A stretch of DNA of 64,000 bases from Podarcis pityusensis (lineage: Eukaryota). A program made the position numbers and the translations under genes. Positions within the stretch are counted from its first letter, which is position 1. Each line of letters begins with the position of its first letter. Below are positions 27,901 to 36,789 of this stretch, in pieces. The notes under the pieces are model-generated. The model made no database searches and was not told the DNA's origin. It saw only the letters and a list, made by a program, of their open reading frames with translations. The stretch is from the NCBI GenBank assembly GCA_964106645.2, contig OZ067041.1; one strand, 5' to 3'.

Positions 27901-30141
27901 ACAGCACCAGTGAAAATCTATTCCAGTTGCCTGCATGTTTCCTTGGCAATGTTTACACTATTTTAATGTAAGCCAAGTATGTTCTAAAGTTCTCTACTGA
28001 GCTGTAGGCTGCTCTTACAAAAGGAGAAAAAGCACATCAGCCAGCAACACTTTGACAATCTTCTCCCCATTGGAGACAACACATTCACAACATTGTGCAA
28101 ACACCAACCGTGGAATTCAACATTAAGCTTTTCCAATTGTTCCATCTGTCTAAGCATTTCAGCTCACTAGGCAGAATGATACCTCTCCCCTTTCCTTGTG
28201 CTGCTCTGGCACTTCTCCTGACCCTCCTAGAGTTAATTTTGGGGGTGCAGGGAGGCACATGGGTAAGGGGAGAGGGGACAGACCCATTGTGCAAACTGAA
28301 GTTCCTGCACTGACAGGGCTCATTAGAACTGCGCCTCTAGCTTTCAGTGCTGCACTACATTTGGTAGCAACGTCTCCTTGATGAACATCCACAAATCTAT
28401 CTTGCTTGGATGAGAAACATCTTACATCTTGTACTGACTGCCAATATGCTGAGAGCAATGAAAAAACAGCAAAAGCAAGTTTGGAGCAACACTATTGGGA
28501 TAAAATGATCAAAAGAAAGTTGGGGGGGGGAGATTACTTCAACTGGAGGATGTGAGTTGGTGCAAGATCTCCAACACACTGATGTGATTATGTTCATGCA
28601 GCAAGAATACAAGAGTTCTGAACTACTCACACTCCTGTTATCACTGTGCATAAAGGAAGCATGTGTGAGCATGTAACATTATCATCAGAACAGGCCTCAA
28701 ATAAAACCAGTTTTGTTCACCATGTGTGCAAAAAATAAAATCTCAAGTGCAACAAGCAAAACCATTTTTTTGCAGCAATTTCTGAGAAATCCCAATCTAA
28801 TCACTGGATCTTTTCAGAATGGTTTTAAACAACTATATTTTCCTGAGCCGGATGAACAGAGTATACACCCAAACAACAATTTGTTTAATAAAAGCAGCAA
28901 TTTAAGAAATAGCCTCTAGTATATGCAATTAATACATACAAGCTGTCACTTATCTGCTTACTTGTAACAACTTAAGAACACATGTAAACACTTGTGTGCA
29001 AACAGGCATGGAAGAGTTTGTGTATTCTCTCTCATTTACTATGCTTATTTGCTACAAATAGTTGTGTGGGTGGCAGGCAGCTTTTGTGAATTTACAAAGC
29101 TACTGTAAACATCAGCAGTCCACCTGCTATAAGTGAAGTTAACTGTACAAAACCTAGTGCTTCCAAAAGCAGCCATGGAAACCTCGTCTATGTAAATAAA
29201 GCTTAATAACTATTACAATTCACTTCAACAATGATTCCCTTGCAATTGTAATTTTATTCTACTATAGAATGTTACATTTCACTCTTTTGGCAAGAAAAAC
29301 AAGAGTTTTTTTATGCAGTGGAATAGCAGTTCGGAGACCTCAGAAGTCTAGCATTACTGTGAGGATGATCCTTGCCTTCTCCACAGCCCTAAGATTGGAA
29401 AGAAAGCTTGGGGGTTGTTTTATGCTTCAAAGTGCAGTGGCAACCTGGCACACCCCAGTGCAGCCAGGTGCTGACACCTCTTCTTAGTGCATCTCAGAAG
29501 GCAACTGTTCAAAAAACCAGTCCCAGCCATTTCTTCCCCTCTAAACTGGATCCAGACCTGGGAACAGTAATCATACCTGAGCTTCTGAGGGACTCAGAGA
29601 CCTAGAACAAGAGTAGGGAATCCCCACTCCCCTTTCCAAGCTGAAGAAGATGAAATGGGCTTGTTTTTGCAGAAAAGATCACATTAACTCCCTATGTACC
29701 TCCAAGCTCAGAGCTATGGGGTGACTGTACCCAACCTCATGCTGTATTACAGAGGGTACTACACAAGATCAGGACCAAAAAATCTTTAATTAACAAGGCC
29801 AGCCAAAATATGAGGAATCTTGATTTAGAGTATCTAAATTTTTAAGACAAACATTCAAAGAGACTCTCACCATGCAAGGGGTTTGTAAACAGGAAGTGCC
29901 CAGACCAACTTTACTGGAATTTATTTAATGCGTAAAGTAGAACTGAAGTGTATTGTTGCAAGATTAAGGTTAATTAGTGTTATCAATTGCAACTTTTGCT
30001 CAAAAATATCTAAATTTTGATTACTAATATGAATATCCACCATACCTGATTCTGCTGGAGAGGAGGCTGGGACTGTCCATCAGGAGCCTGGCCCTGGCTG
30101 TCGTTCCCTCCTACTGGAGAGCCACGGGTCGTGGCTGTCAT
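802..30141 (-). CDS. USP9X: Ubiquitin carboxyl-terminal hydrolase 9X (FAF-X), spliced CDS, N-terminal 1460 codons, 3'-partial (continues off the left edge)
   Basis: 28 GT-AG exons join in frame from [22 protein letters not shown]... to ...[10 protein letters not shown], near-identical to vertebrate USP9X; total 4380 nt. Confidence 0.98.
1147..1293 (-). CDS. USP9X: USP9X exon 28
   Basis: [25 protein letters not shown]...DWLKRIR; 147 nt. Confidence 0.96.
1835..1981 (-). mobile_element. CR1 LINE, 3' fragment
   Basis: [16 protein letters not shown] (CR1 ORF2 terminus) plus 3'UTR; similar to 17490-17880. Confidence 0.6.
2577..2685 (-). CDS. USP9X: USP9X exon 27
   Basis: [36 protein letters not shown]; 109 nt. 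Confidence 0.96.
3602..3768 (-). CDS. USP9X: USP9X exon 26
   Basis: [26 protein letters not shown]...LLLHCHSK; 167 nt. Confidence 0.96.
4607..4732 (-). CDS. USP9X: USP9X exon 25
   Basis: [42 protein letters not shown]; 126 nt. Confidence 0.96.
5283..5408 (-). CDS. USP9X: USP9X exon 24
   Basis: [22 protein letters not shown]...QQISDE; 126 nt. Confidence 0.96.
5612..5890 (-). CDS. USP9X: USP9X exon 23
   Basis: [29 protein letters not shown]...TSPMSQ; 279 nt. Confidence 0.97.
6077..6289. mobile_element. Tigger-like MITE
   Basis: TA-CAGTCATACCTC...GTACCACTG-TA; interior similar to 32361-32600. Confidence 0.8.
6388..6518 (-). CDS. USP9X: USP9X exon 22
   Basis: [19 protein letters not shown]...SQVLYLTE; 131 nt. 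Confidence 0.96.
7007..7127 (-). CDS. USP9X: USP9X exon 21
   Basis: [40 protein letters not shown]; 121 nt. Confidence 0.96.
7227..7376 (-). CDS. USP9X: USP9X exon 20
   Basis: [50 protein letters not shown]; 150 nt. Confidence 0.96.
7607..7847 (-). CDS. USP9X: USP9X exon 19 (ubiquitin-like domain region)
   Basis: [23 protein letters not shown]...LNLKDKT; 241 nt. Confidence 0.97.
8448..8659 (-). CDS. USP9X: USP9X exon 18
   Basis: [20 protein letters not shown]...ERTILPMSR; 212 nt. Confidence 0.97.
9052..9147 (-). CDS. USP9X: USP9X exon 17
   Basis: [32 protein letters not shown]; 96 nt. Confidence 0.96.
9865..10435 (-). mobile_element. L2 LINE, decayed ORF2 fragment
   Basis: Minus strand contains GTAACCTCCAGATTGGATTACTTCAATGCA (VTSRLDYxNA motif typical of L2 ORF2); frameshifted. 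Confidence 0.7.
11637..11979 (-). CDS. USP9X: USP9X exon 16
   Basis: [19 protein letters not shown]...GLDYLWR; 343 nt. Confidence 0.97.
12144..12777. mobile_element. Non-autonomous Tc1/mariner-superfamily (Tc2/pogo-like) MITE with internal palindromic array
   Basis: TA flanks (12142-43, 12778-79); TIRs CCGTATTTTTCGCTCTATAGGACG / CGCCCTATGGAGCAAAAAATACGG; CpG-rich interior. Confidence 0.85.
14251..14338 (-). CDS. USP9X: USP9X exon 15
   Basis: [29 protein letters not shown]; 88 nt. Confidence 0.95.
14895..15028 (-). CDS. USP9X: USP9X exon 14
   Basis: [22 protein letters not shown]...MRQYAK; 134 nt. Confidence 0.96.
15857..15993 (-). CDS. USP9X: USP9X exon 13
   Basis: [45 protein letters not shown]; 137 nt. 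Confidence 0.96.
16869..17075 (-). CDS. USP9X: USP9X exon 12
   Basis: [20 protein letters not shown]...ILDYSCSQ; 207 nt. Confidence 0.97.
17490..17880 (-). mobile_element. CR1 LINE, decayed 3' fragment
   Basis: [22 protein letters not shown] type terminus and CR1-like 3'UTR. Confidence 0.6.
18367..18471 (-). CDS. USP9X: USP9X exon 11
   Basis: [35 protein letters not shown]; 105 nt. Confidence 0.96.
19603..19755 (-). CDS. USP9X: USP9X exon 10
   Basis: [28 protein letters not shown]...NIWAAQ; 153 nt. Confidence 0.96.
21043..21181 (-). CDS. USP9X: USP9X exon 9
   Basis: [17 protein letters not shown]...WLTAERMA; 139 nt; preceded by an 88-nt intron. Confidence 0.97.
21270..21521 (-). CDS. USP9X: USP9X exon 8
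   Basis: [18 protein letters not shown]...IFRLKMILR; 252 nt. Confidence 0.97.
21798..21932. mobile_element. Short palindromic hAT MITE
   Basis: Near-complete foldback; 8-bp TSD CTTTATGG; related degenerate copies near 2000, 20070, 20330, 20620, 27780, 31150, 34655, 35800, 53070. Confidence 0.8.
22703..22974 (+). mobile_element. RTE-BovB LINE, 3' fragment
   Basis: Translates [19 protein letters not shown]...[17 protein letters not shown] (BovB C-terminus); (CAA)n tail; TSD ATAAATCTTT. Confidence 0.92.
23416..23531 (-). CDS. USP9X: USP9X exon 7
   Basis: [39 protein letters not shown]; 116 nt. Confidence 0.96.
24081..24330. mobile_element. Tigger-like MITE
   Basis: TA-CAGTCATACCTTGG...CCAAGGTTCGACTG-TA; central palindrome GCTTCTGATTGGCTGCAGGA-GCT-TCCTGCAGCCAATCAGAAGC. 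Confidence 0.8.
24735..24953 (-). CDS. USP9X: USP9X exon 6
   Basis: [24 protein letters not shown]...PDPRSPK; 219 nt. Confidence 0.97.
25202..25314 (-). CDS. USP9X: USP9X exon 5
   Basis: [37 protein letters not shown]; 113 nt. Confidence 0.96.
26690..26769 (-). CDS. USP9X: USP9X exon 4
   Basis: [26 protein letters not shown]; 80 nt. Confidence 0.96.
26903..27048 (-). CDS. USP9X: USP9X exon 3
   Basis: [16 protein letters not shown]...[10 protein letters not shown]; AG/GT boundaries; 146 nt. Confidence 0.97.
30046..30141 (-). CDS. USP9X: USP9X exon 2, coding part (start codon)
   Basis: ATG at 30141-30139; [32 protein letters not shown]; donor GTATGG; 96 nt. Confidence 0.97.
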
Positions 30142-30299
30142 ACTCGAAACAGGGCAGATTTTTGCAATTTTGTCTGCTTATGTAGTTGTTGAGAGAGAAA
30201 AACTTATAGTCCGCTTAATGAAGTTGAAGTACCAGCATATGTCTGTTTTAAAAAGCTCCAACTCAAGAACAAGCCATCTTGCAGAGACCATTGCATAAC
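30142..30299 (-). other. USP9X: USP9X exon 2, 5'UTR part (158 nt)
   Basis: Acceptor TCTCTTTCAG|GTTATGC at 30300; contiguous with the ATG. Confidence 0.85.
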
Positions 30300-30428
30300 C
30301 TGAAAGAGATACATTCAAACATTTAATTTTGTTTTAAACTTTTTTGAACATGCAAATACGAACAGCCCCATTTAAAGAACTTCCTGCCCCACACATAAAT
30401 CTAACTCAGAATTACAAATGGACTAAGC

Positions 30429-30614
30429 CAGTGGTTCCAAATTGGGAGTCTGTGGACCCCAGGGAGTCCATGCAACCCACTCAGGGGAGCTATGGCACCA
30501 TTCACGTAACAAAAAATACCAGAGATAATATCAACATTTTAAAATGTAGGGGGTCCATGGCTTGGCTTTTGAAAAACAGGGGGTCCTCAGTACTTAGCTA
30601 ATTAGAAACCACTG
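30429..30614. mobile_element. hAT MITE
   Basis: CAGTGGTTCCAAATT / AATTAGAAACCACTG; TSD GACTAAGC / GCCTAAGC. Confidence 0.7.
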
Positions 30615-31350
30615 GCCTAAGCCATTTAGTAAGCCTTTGAGAGCCAAACTATGAGGGTAATAGAGTTTAAGCAATAAAGTAGTTACTGTGACCCAGTTAT
30701 TTTCTTATACTGCCAGACTTATCTGACCAGTCGCTTATCTCTTCCCTCAGAATAGCAAGTCTTCTTCAGGCATGAAGAAAATACAATTCCAACAATAGCA
30801 GTTAATGCAGCAAAAAGGGCATTCTGCTACCAGAGTACATTTGAAAAAACTATGCCATGGTCAGTGCTGGACCAGTTGTGGTTATGAGTTCATCCTTAAT
30901 TCACCCTCACCCTTTTTGAAATAAATCTATCTCAAATGATACAGAAAATCACCTACATAAAAACTTATTCCCAGCATTTTGGCAGTACGGTAATAGCTTA
31001 CATTCAATCATGCTTAGAATTCCCTTAAATTTACCACAGGTATTCTGACTACAAGTTAGATTGTTAAAAGGGAGCAAAGAGTTGATCTCAGTATCTCTTC
31101 AGTGACGGCAACTCCTATCTCTCAGAACCTGAGCATTTTCTAGACTAGGAGTTGCTAACCTGTTGCCCTCCAAATGCTGGACAACTACTAACATTTCTGA
31201 TTACTGGCCATGCTTGCTGGAGTGGATGAGTTGGGCGTCTACAAGAACATCTGAAGGGCCACAAGTTCCTCATTCTTGCTACAGATGTGCTTCAAAACTG
31301 CCCTGTTCCGGCATTCTCATTTTTAAAGTGGCATATGGCAATTAGATATA

Positions 31351-31568
31351 CAATGGTACCTTGGGTTACAAACACCTCGGGTTACAGACTTCGCTAACCC
31401 GGAAGTAGTACCTTGGGTTAAGGACTTTACCTCAGGATGAGAACAGAAATCGCACGGCGGCGGCAGCGGGAGGCCCCATTAGCTAAAGTGGTACCTCAGG
31501 TTAAGAACGGTTTCAGGTTAAGAACGGACCTCCAGAACGAATTAAGTTTGTAACCAGAGGTACCACTG
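31351..31568. mobile_element. Tigger-like MITE
   Basis: TA-CAATGGTACCTTGGGTTACAAAC...GTTTGTAACCAGAGGTACCACTG-TA. Confidence 0.8.
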
Positions 31569-32360
31569 TAGCATGTAACACATTGGTAAGTGATAACCAT
31601 AAAAACCAATCAAATTAGAATACTAAATAGAATATACACATTTCAGACAAGAAGGAATAGCATTAATGCTGCATCAAGATGAATTTGGTAAATTAATCTA
31701 AAAACTGGCTTTTAACTACAATTTAAATCAAATAAATATTGAATTTTCTTTTTTGAAAAGTATTTATTTATCCACTGGTTGAAGCATCATGTTCACTTGC
31801 TTACTGGCAACTCCATTATTTCTGGTAGTCTTTTAATGCCTGGAATTGGTATGCACAACCTGTGAAGCCACATCTAAATAGAGAATAGTTTTATTTAAAG
31901 GGTGAAAGGAATTACTTTTAAACAGCACAGTCTAGTAGTTTAAGTATGCTATGGGTTACAACTAAACACACATCTACTCAACGGGCATAAAATATTAATT
32001 CAGCTGTCTCACAAGAATGTTCCAGTAAAAAAATAATCATGAATTAAGAGTCACCGTTCTAACCACTAAAGCTATATGTAACAAATATTCCAGGCAATCA
32101 GGCCCAGCTCAACACTTTGTATCCTTGAGCGGCTGCTAGGCCTCCACTGAGCAGCTACATTTTGCCATTTCCCACAATGTTCTGAGATATCATGCACCTC
32201 CAGAGCATGTTGGAAAATTTTAAAATGGCAGTGCTTAGCTACCCAGTTCTGCAGTCAGGTACACTCACAGCAGGGAAGACCAACATAGGAAAAGGCCCAC
32301 TAAAATTTGGAGTCAGCCAAGCCTACAAACAGTTTGCAAATCAGTTAATGCCACATACTA

Positions 32361-32600
32361 CAGTCATACCTCGGGTTGAAGTAGCTTCAGGATGAATATT
32401 TTCGGGTTGCACTTCACGGCAACCCGGAAGTAATGGAGTGCGTTACTTCCGGGTTTCGCCACTCGCACAGACGCTCAAAATGACATCACACGTATGCACG
32501 GAAGTGGCGAATCGCGACCCGCGCAGACGCGGGTTGCGTTCGCTCCAGGATGCGAATGGGGCTCCGGAACGGATCCCATTCGCATCCAGAGGTACCACTG
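32361..32600. mobile_element. Tigger-like MITE
   Basis: TA-CAGTCATACCTCGG...CCAGAGGTACCACTG-TA. Confidence 0.8.
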
Positions 32601-33004
32601 TACATATGCATTAATCCAAGTAGTCTATAGTTCTGAACTCAATCATCCACAATTACTATAGAACGAATTTCAAGAAGTTCAAGAATTGGAGAATCTACCA
32701 CTTCACCTTCTTTCAATCACCATAACAATACAAAAATAGAATGAGTAGAAAGTTTCATGGTGTAACTAATCTGTGTTAAAACAGTTTGCAGCTTGCCTTC
32801 CTGCCTACTGTGAGCTGCAACTGCTTCCAGGAGAGCAGTGCAGTGACAAAGTGCATCACTGGCTGTTTTTTCCTCCTCCAGTCACCTCCGTTTTATTTAA
32901 AAATGCATTCTCATTTTTCAAAAACATCCACAAGCCAATCCAAGCCACAGTGACGTGAGACCTTTCTTTTTTCTTTTTGCTATTTTTTCCAGTAAGATAT
33001 AATG

Positions 33005-33435
33005 AGCTAAAACACTGTATTACAGTGTGGTACACCGGTTTGACAGCCACAGACAGGAAATCCCTACAGAGGGTGATGAATACAGCACATGATATCATGG
33101 GCTGTCCCTGGAGTTCACTAGATGACATCGTGGAAGACCGCAGCCTCAGGAGAGCAAGGAAAATTCTTAGGGACGACTCACACCCTGGCCAGCACCTTTT
33201 TAATCTCCTGCCTTCGGGCAGGAGATACTGAAGTATAGTCAGCAGCACCAACAGGTTAAAGAACAGTTTTTATCAGTGGGTTGTTGGGCTGCTGAATGGA
33301 AAAAAATAGTGGTGCAACTGACTTCCGACAAGCACACAGAGCGCGAACAAGACTGAGTGTATGTGGGGGGAAGAGGGGGGCTCGTTTAATTTCACTGTAC
33401 ACAGATGGTGTAGTGACAATAAAGGTTTATTTATT
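33005..33435 (+). mobile_element. Rex1/Babar-type LINE, 3' fragment
   Basis: CITVWY...DRKSLQRV...ARKILRDDSHPGQHLFNLLPSGRRY...TNRLKNSFY; ends GACAATAAAGGTTTATTTATTT. Confidence 0.8.
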
Positions 33436-34350
33436 TAAAAGAATAAAACAGATTTCTACCTCCACATGGAAACACCATCCAATTGTAAAGGATCCTAGTG
33501 CCTGCTACAACAAACATACACTAGGTTAACACTTAGAACACTGTTAATGTTAAAAGGTGTAAACTGGAGGAATGCTTTTCCCTCCACTTCCTGTCAGACA
33601 ACTGATTTAGCATCTGTGCCCCTCACTTGTGAATTCAAATGAAGGGTGGGAGATCTCTTGGAAAAATGAGATCTTTGGTCTAAAGCAATTTTAAGAGACA
33701 GCAGGGTCTGTGCAGACCTTTGTGACAGGCCTGGCCAAACTAAAATGGTTTGGGGGACTTCTCAGAAAAGTTTATAATCTTGTAAATCTGCTAGTCTGTA
33801 AAAAGAGATAATTCCAATGGGTTTCCTCTTTATCACTATGACAACCACTTCCCTTCTTCTATAAAGGAAAGGAAATGAACACTGTGGTGGGAAGAACAGG
33901 GAACAACAACTTCCCCTACTGCTGCCACTAACCTGCGTTACATGATTTTGAGCACATGCACATTATTACGAGTCACTTAAAAACACAGAATAATCATTGT
34001 GTTCTGATCTCATAAACAAACTCTGTTTGCAAGTTCCAACTAAATCATCTTGCATTTAGGATTTAAAAAGAATACTTTTAGAGTGATTCCTGTGTCAGTC
34101 TTGGGAAATGGGTTAAACAAAGAAGTGATTTAGTTATGCAATTTCTTTTATTTACACAGGCCTTGTTTCGACTACTTCATTCCACTAGTAGAACCCAGTG
34201 CAAGGACTCTTGCTAAAGCAATGTGGCTTCCCCCTTTCCCCGGCTCCCAAATCTGCTCTGAAATAACCCTCTTGGGAGACCTGTGCAGGAAGGAGGAGGG
34301 TAATCATTCTATTAGGCAAGCAGAAATGCTTGCACTGACTGAATGGATCT

Positions 34351-34394
34351 CGTTACAGGTAGGCAGCCATGTTGGTTTGCCATAGTCGAAACAA

Positions 34395-34445
<51 letters not shown>

Positions 34446-34545
34446 AATCCTTCCAGTAGCACCTTAGAGACCAACTAAGTTAGTTATTGGTATGAGCTTT
34501 CATGTGCATGCACACTTCTTCAGATACACTGAAACAGAAGTCACC
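34351..34545. mobile_element. Penelope-like element terminal fragment, interrupted by (AT)n
   Basis: GTAGCACCTTAGAGACCAAC...TGAGCTTTCATG...CACTTCTTCAGAT resembles reptile Penelope termini (recognised from memory). Confidence 0.55.
34399..34442. repeat. (AT)n microsatellite
   Basis: About 22 perfect AT units. Confidence 0.95.
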
Positions 34546-36134
34546 AGACCTTTATATATAGTGAGAGGGTGTAGCCATTTGTTGAATCTTCCCCAGTGAG
34601 CTTTCAAGGCAATTACTTAGACAATACATGGCTAGTAGTAATAGTGTAGAACAATAGTGGCCAAACTTGGCCCTCCAGTTGTTTTTTGGACTACAACTCC
34701 CATCATCCCTAGCTAACAGGACCAGTGGTCAGGGATGATGGGAATAGTAGTCCCAAAACAGCTTGAGGGCCAGGTTTGGCCACCACTGGCATAGAGCAAG
34801 CTAATGTCAGCCACACAGCTGATTCCAAAACAATACTTTGTGGATAGTTATTGTACATTTTAGTTACCAGAAATCTCTAAGGCAAATCTACTGCTAACAT
34901 TTAATAGATAGCCCACATCTGCTAGCTACTGAAATTATACAAACTGTTACACATTCTTTTTATAATTTTTATGTGAAAGATGCCCTCATTTGGACCATGT
35001 CTGCATTTGGACATCATGCTAGAATATAATGTACAACAGGGATGGGAAACTGGGATGGGTGTTGAATGTGGCCAACTAGGAGTCCATATTTAGTCCACAT
35101 GCCTCTCCTCAAGACATACCCCTCACCAGCCCTGCTTCACATTATCTTCAAGTGTTTGTGCCTGTCTGGCATCTGCCCTTGAGCTTGGAGGATGCCTCTT
35201 GCTTTCCTAGATGGAGGATGGAGACATGTGTCTATGGAAGCTTATGACTTTTACATGGATGGAAAATAGGGTACCATACAAAAATAAACATCACTGCCTA
35301 ATTTCTTCTCTCTGGCCTGGTCCACTTTTTCCTCTTTTTCCTGGTCACAGCCACTTTATCCTAGAAAGTTATGCAAGAGGAAATGTGGCCCATGGGACTA
35401 AAAAAAGATTCTGCACCCCTTGAGTTTAATTATATGAACTAGCTTAGCCCCCACCTAAGCTCAGGTCCTTCCCTCTGCTTGTTCCACAGTCTGGAATTGG
35501 TGTTTGGATACTTTTGCTTCTGGTTAACGGTTTGCTATGTCATCTGGAACTATTGTTATCGTTAACTATGGTTAGTGTAAACAAGCCAGCTTCAGAAACC
35601 ATTGCCGGTAGTTGGTTTGAAATTAACTGTAGTTAATGCTAATTACAGTTTGACAGGCAAGAACATACAACAAACTGCTGTTAACCAAAAGCAGAAGTTA
35701 ACACTTCCAAAATATTCCTCCTAGACACACATGAGGATGGGTGGGGGAGCGTATGAGACTCATTCACATCTCACTAAAGCACCTGTGTCTTAGATATTAT
35801 TCAGCTCCAGATCCCAATAGCCCATGCCAGCAGGGTCAATGGTAAGGGATGATGAGAATTCAAGCCTAGCAATATCTAAAAAGCTACAGGTTTCTTATCA
35901 ATTTTTAATTTATATATCTTTTTAATATTTCTCAATGCAATAATAAACCAAAAATATTCTAGATAAAATACATTTGCAAGGAGGTAAAAATCTGACTTGC
36001 GTTATCATTTCACAACAAATGTTAGTAACCAAAAGCAAGATCCTTCATAATTTATGTGTTATTTTGACATCTGTTTTCTTACTAGTCAGCTAGTCAGAGA
36101 AGCAAGCTTCTGATGGTTAAGAGAACATCTAGCT

Positions 36135-36789
36135 GATAAAAACCTTTTGGAATAAAGTTCATGAAGAGATAATAAAGATTTTTTAAAAATCATTTAACAA
36201 GAAACCAGAAGCGTATCTTCTGGGATTAATAACAAATGACATCCCCATAAATAAGAAAAGGATATTCTTATACGCATCCACTGCCGCAAGAGTTCTTATA
36301 GCAAAGAACTGGAAGGGAGACAAAATACCCACAATAATAGACTGGCAAATCAAACTTATTGAATTTGTTGAATTGGCCAAAATGACGGCAGCTATCAAAG
36401 GTCAAACAAATCAAAATTTAATAAAAGAATGGAGTTGAGTGAATGAATATACGAAAAAACACTGCTCCGGTACAGAAATATTGATATGTAAAGAACAAAG
36501 TTTGTAAGGGGGAAAGGTTACAAATGCAAGTAAAATCAGAATATTTGTCAAATACAATATAACAAACACAACTGTAAAGATAAGTTATAGAATTAAGATT
36601 AAGCAACGATGGAAGGAAGTCAGATTTTAACTCACATTTCGAGTTATGTCGAACCAATGGTGGTGGTGGGGTGAGGTGGGGGGATGCTTTGTGTTACTAA
36701 CATGTACATATGTGTAACCCTTTCTTTCTGTTATTTTGTAGAGATAAAAACTTCAATTTGAAAAATTAATTAAAAGAGAGAAAGAGAGA
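36135..36789 (+). mobile_element. L1-clade LINE, 5'-truncated 3' fragment
   Basis: IKTFWNKVHEEI...KPEAYLLG...LYASTAARVLIAKNWK...WQIKLIEFVELAKMT (L1 ORF2 C-terminus, frameshifted); TSD AGAGAACATCTAGCT. Confidence 0.8.

Noticed and set aside
802-30141. Assignment as USP9Y or USP24
   Set aside because: Sequence is near-identical to USP9X; USP9Y is specific to the mammalian Y and the repeat landscape here is squamate; USP24 is far more divergent
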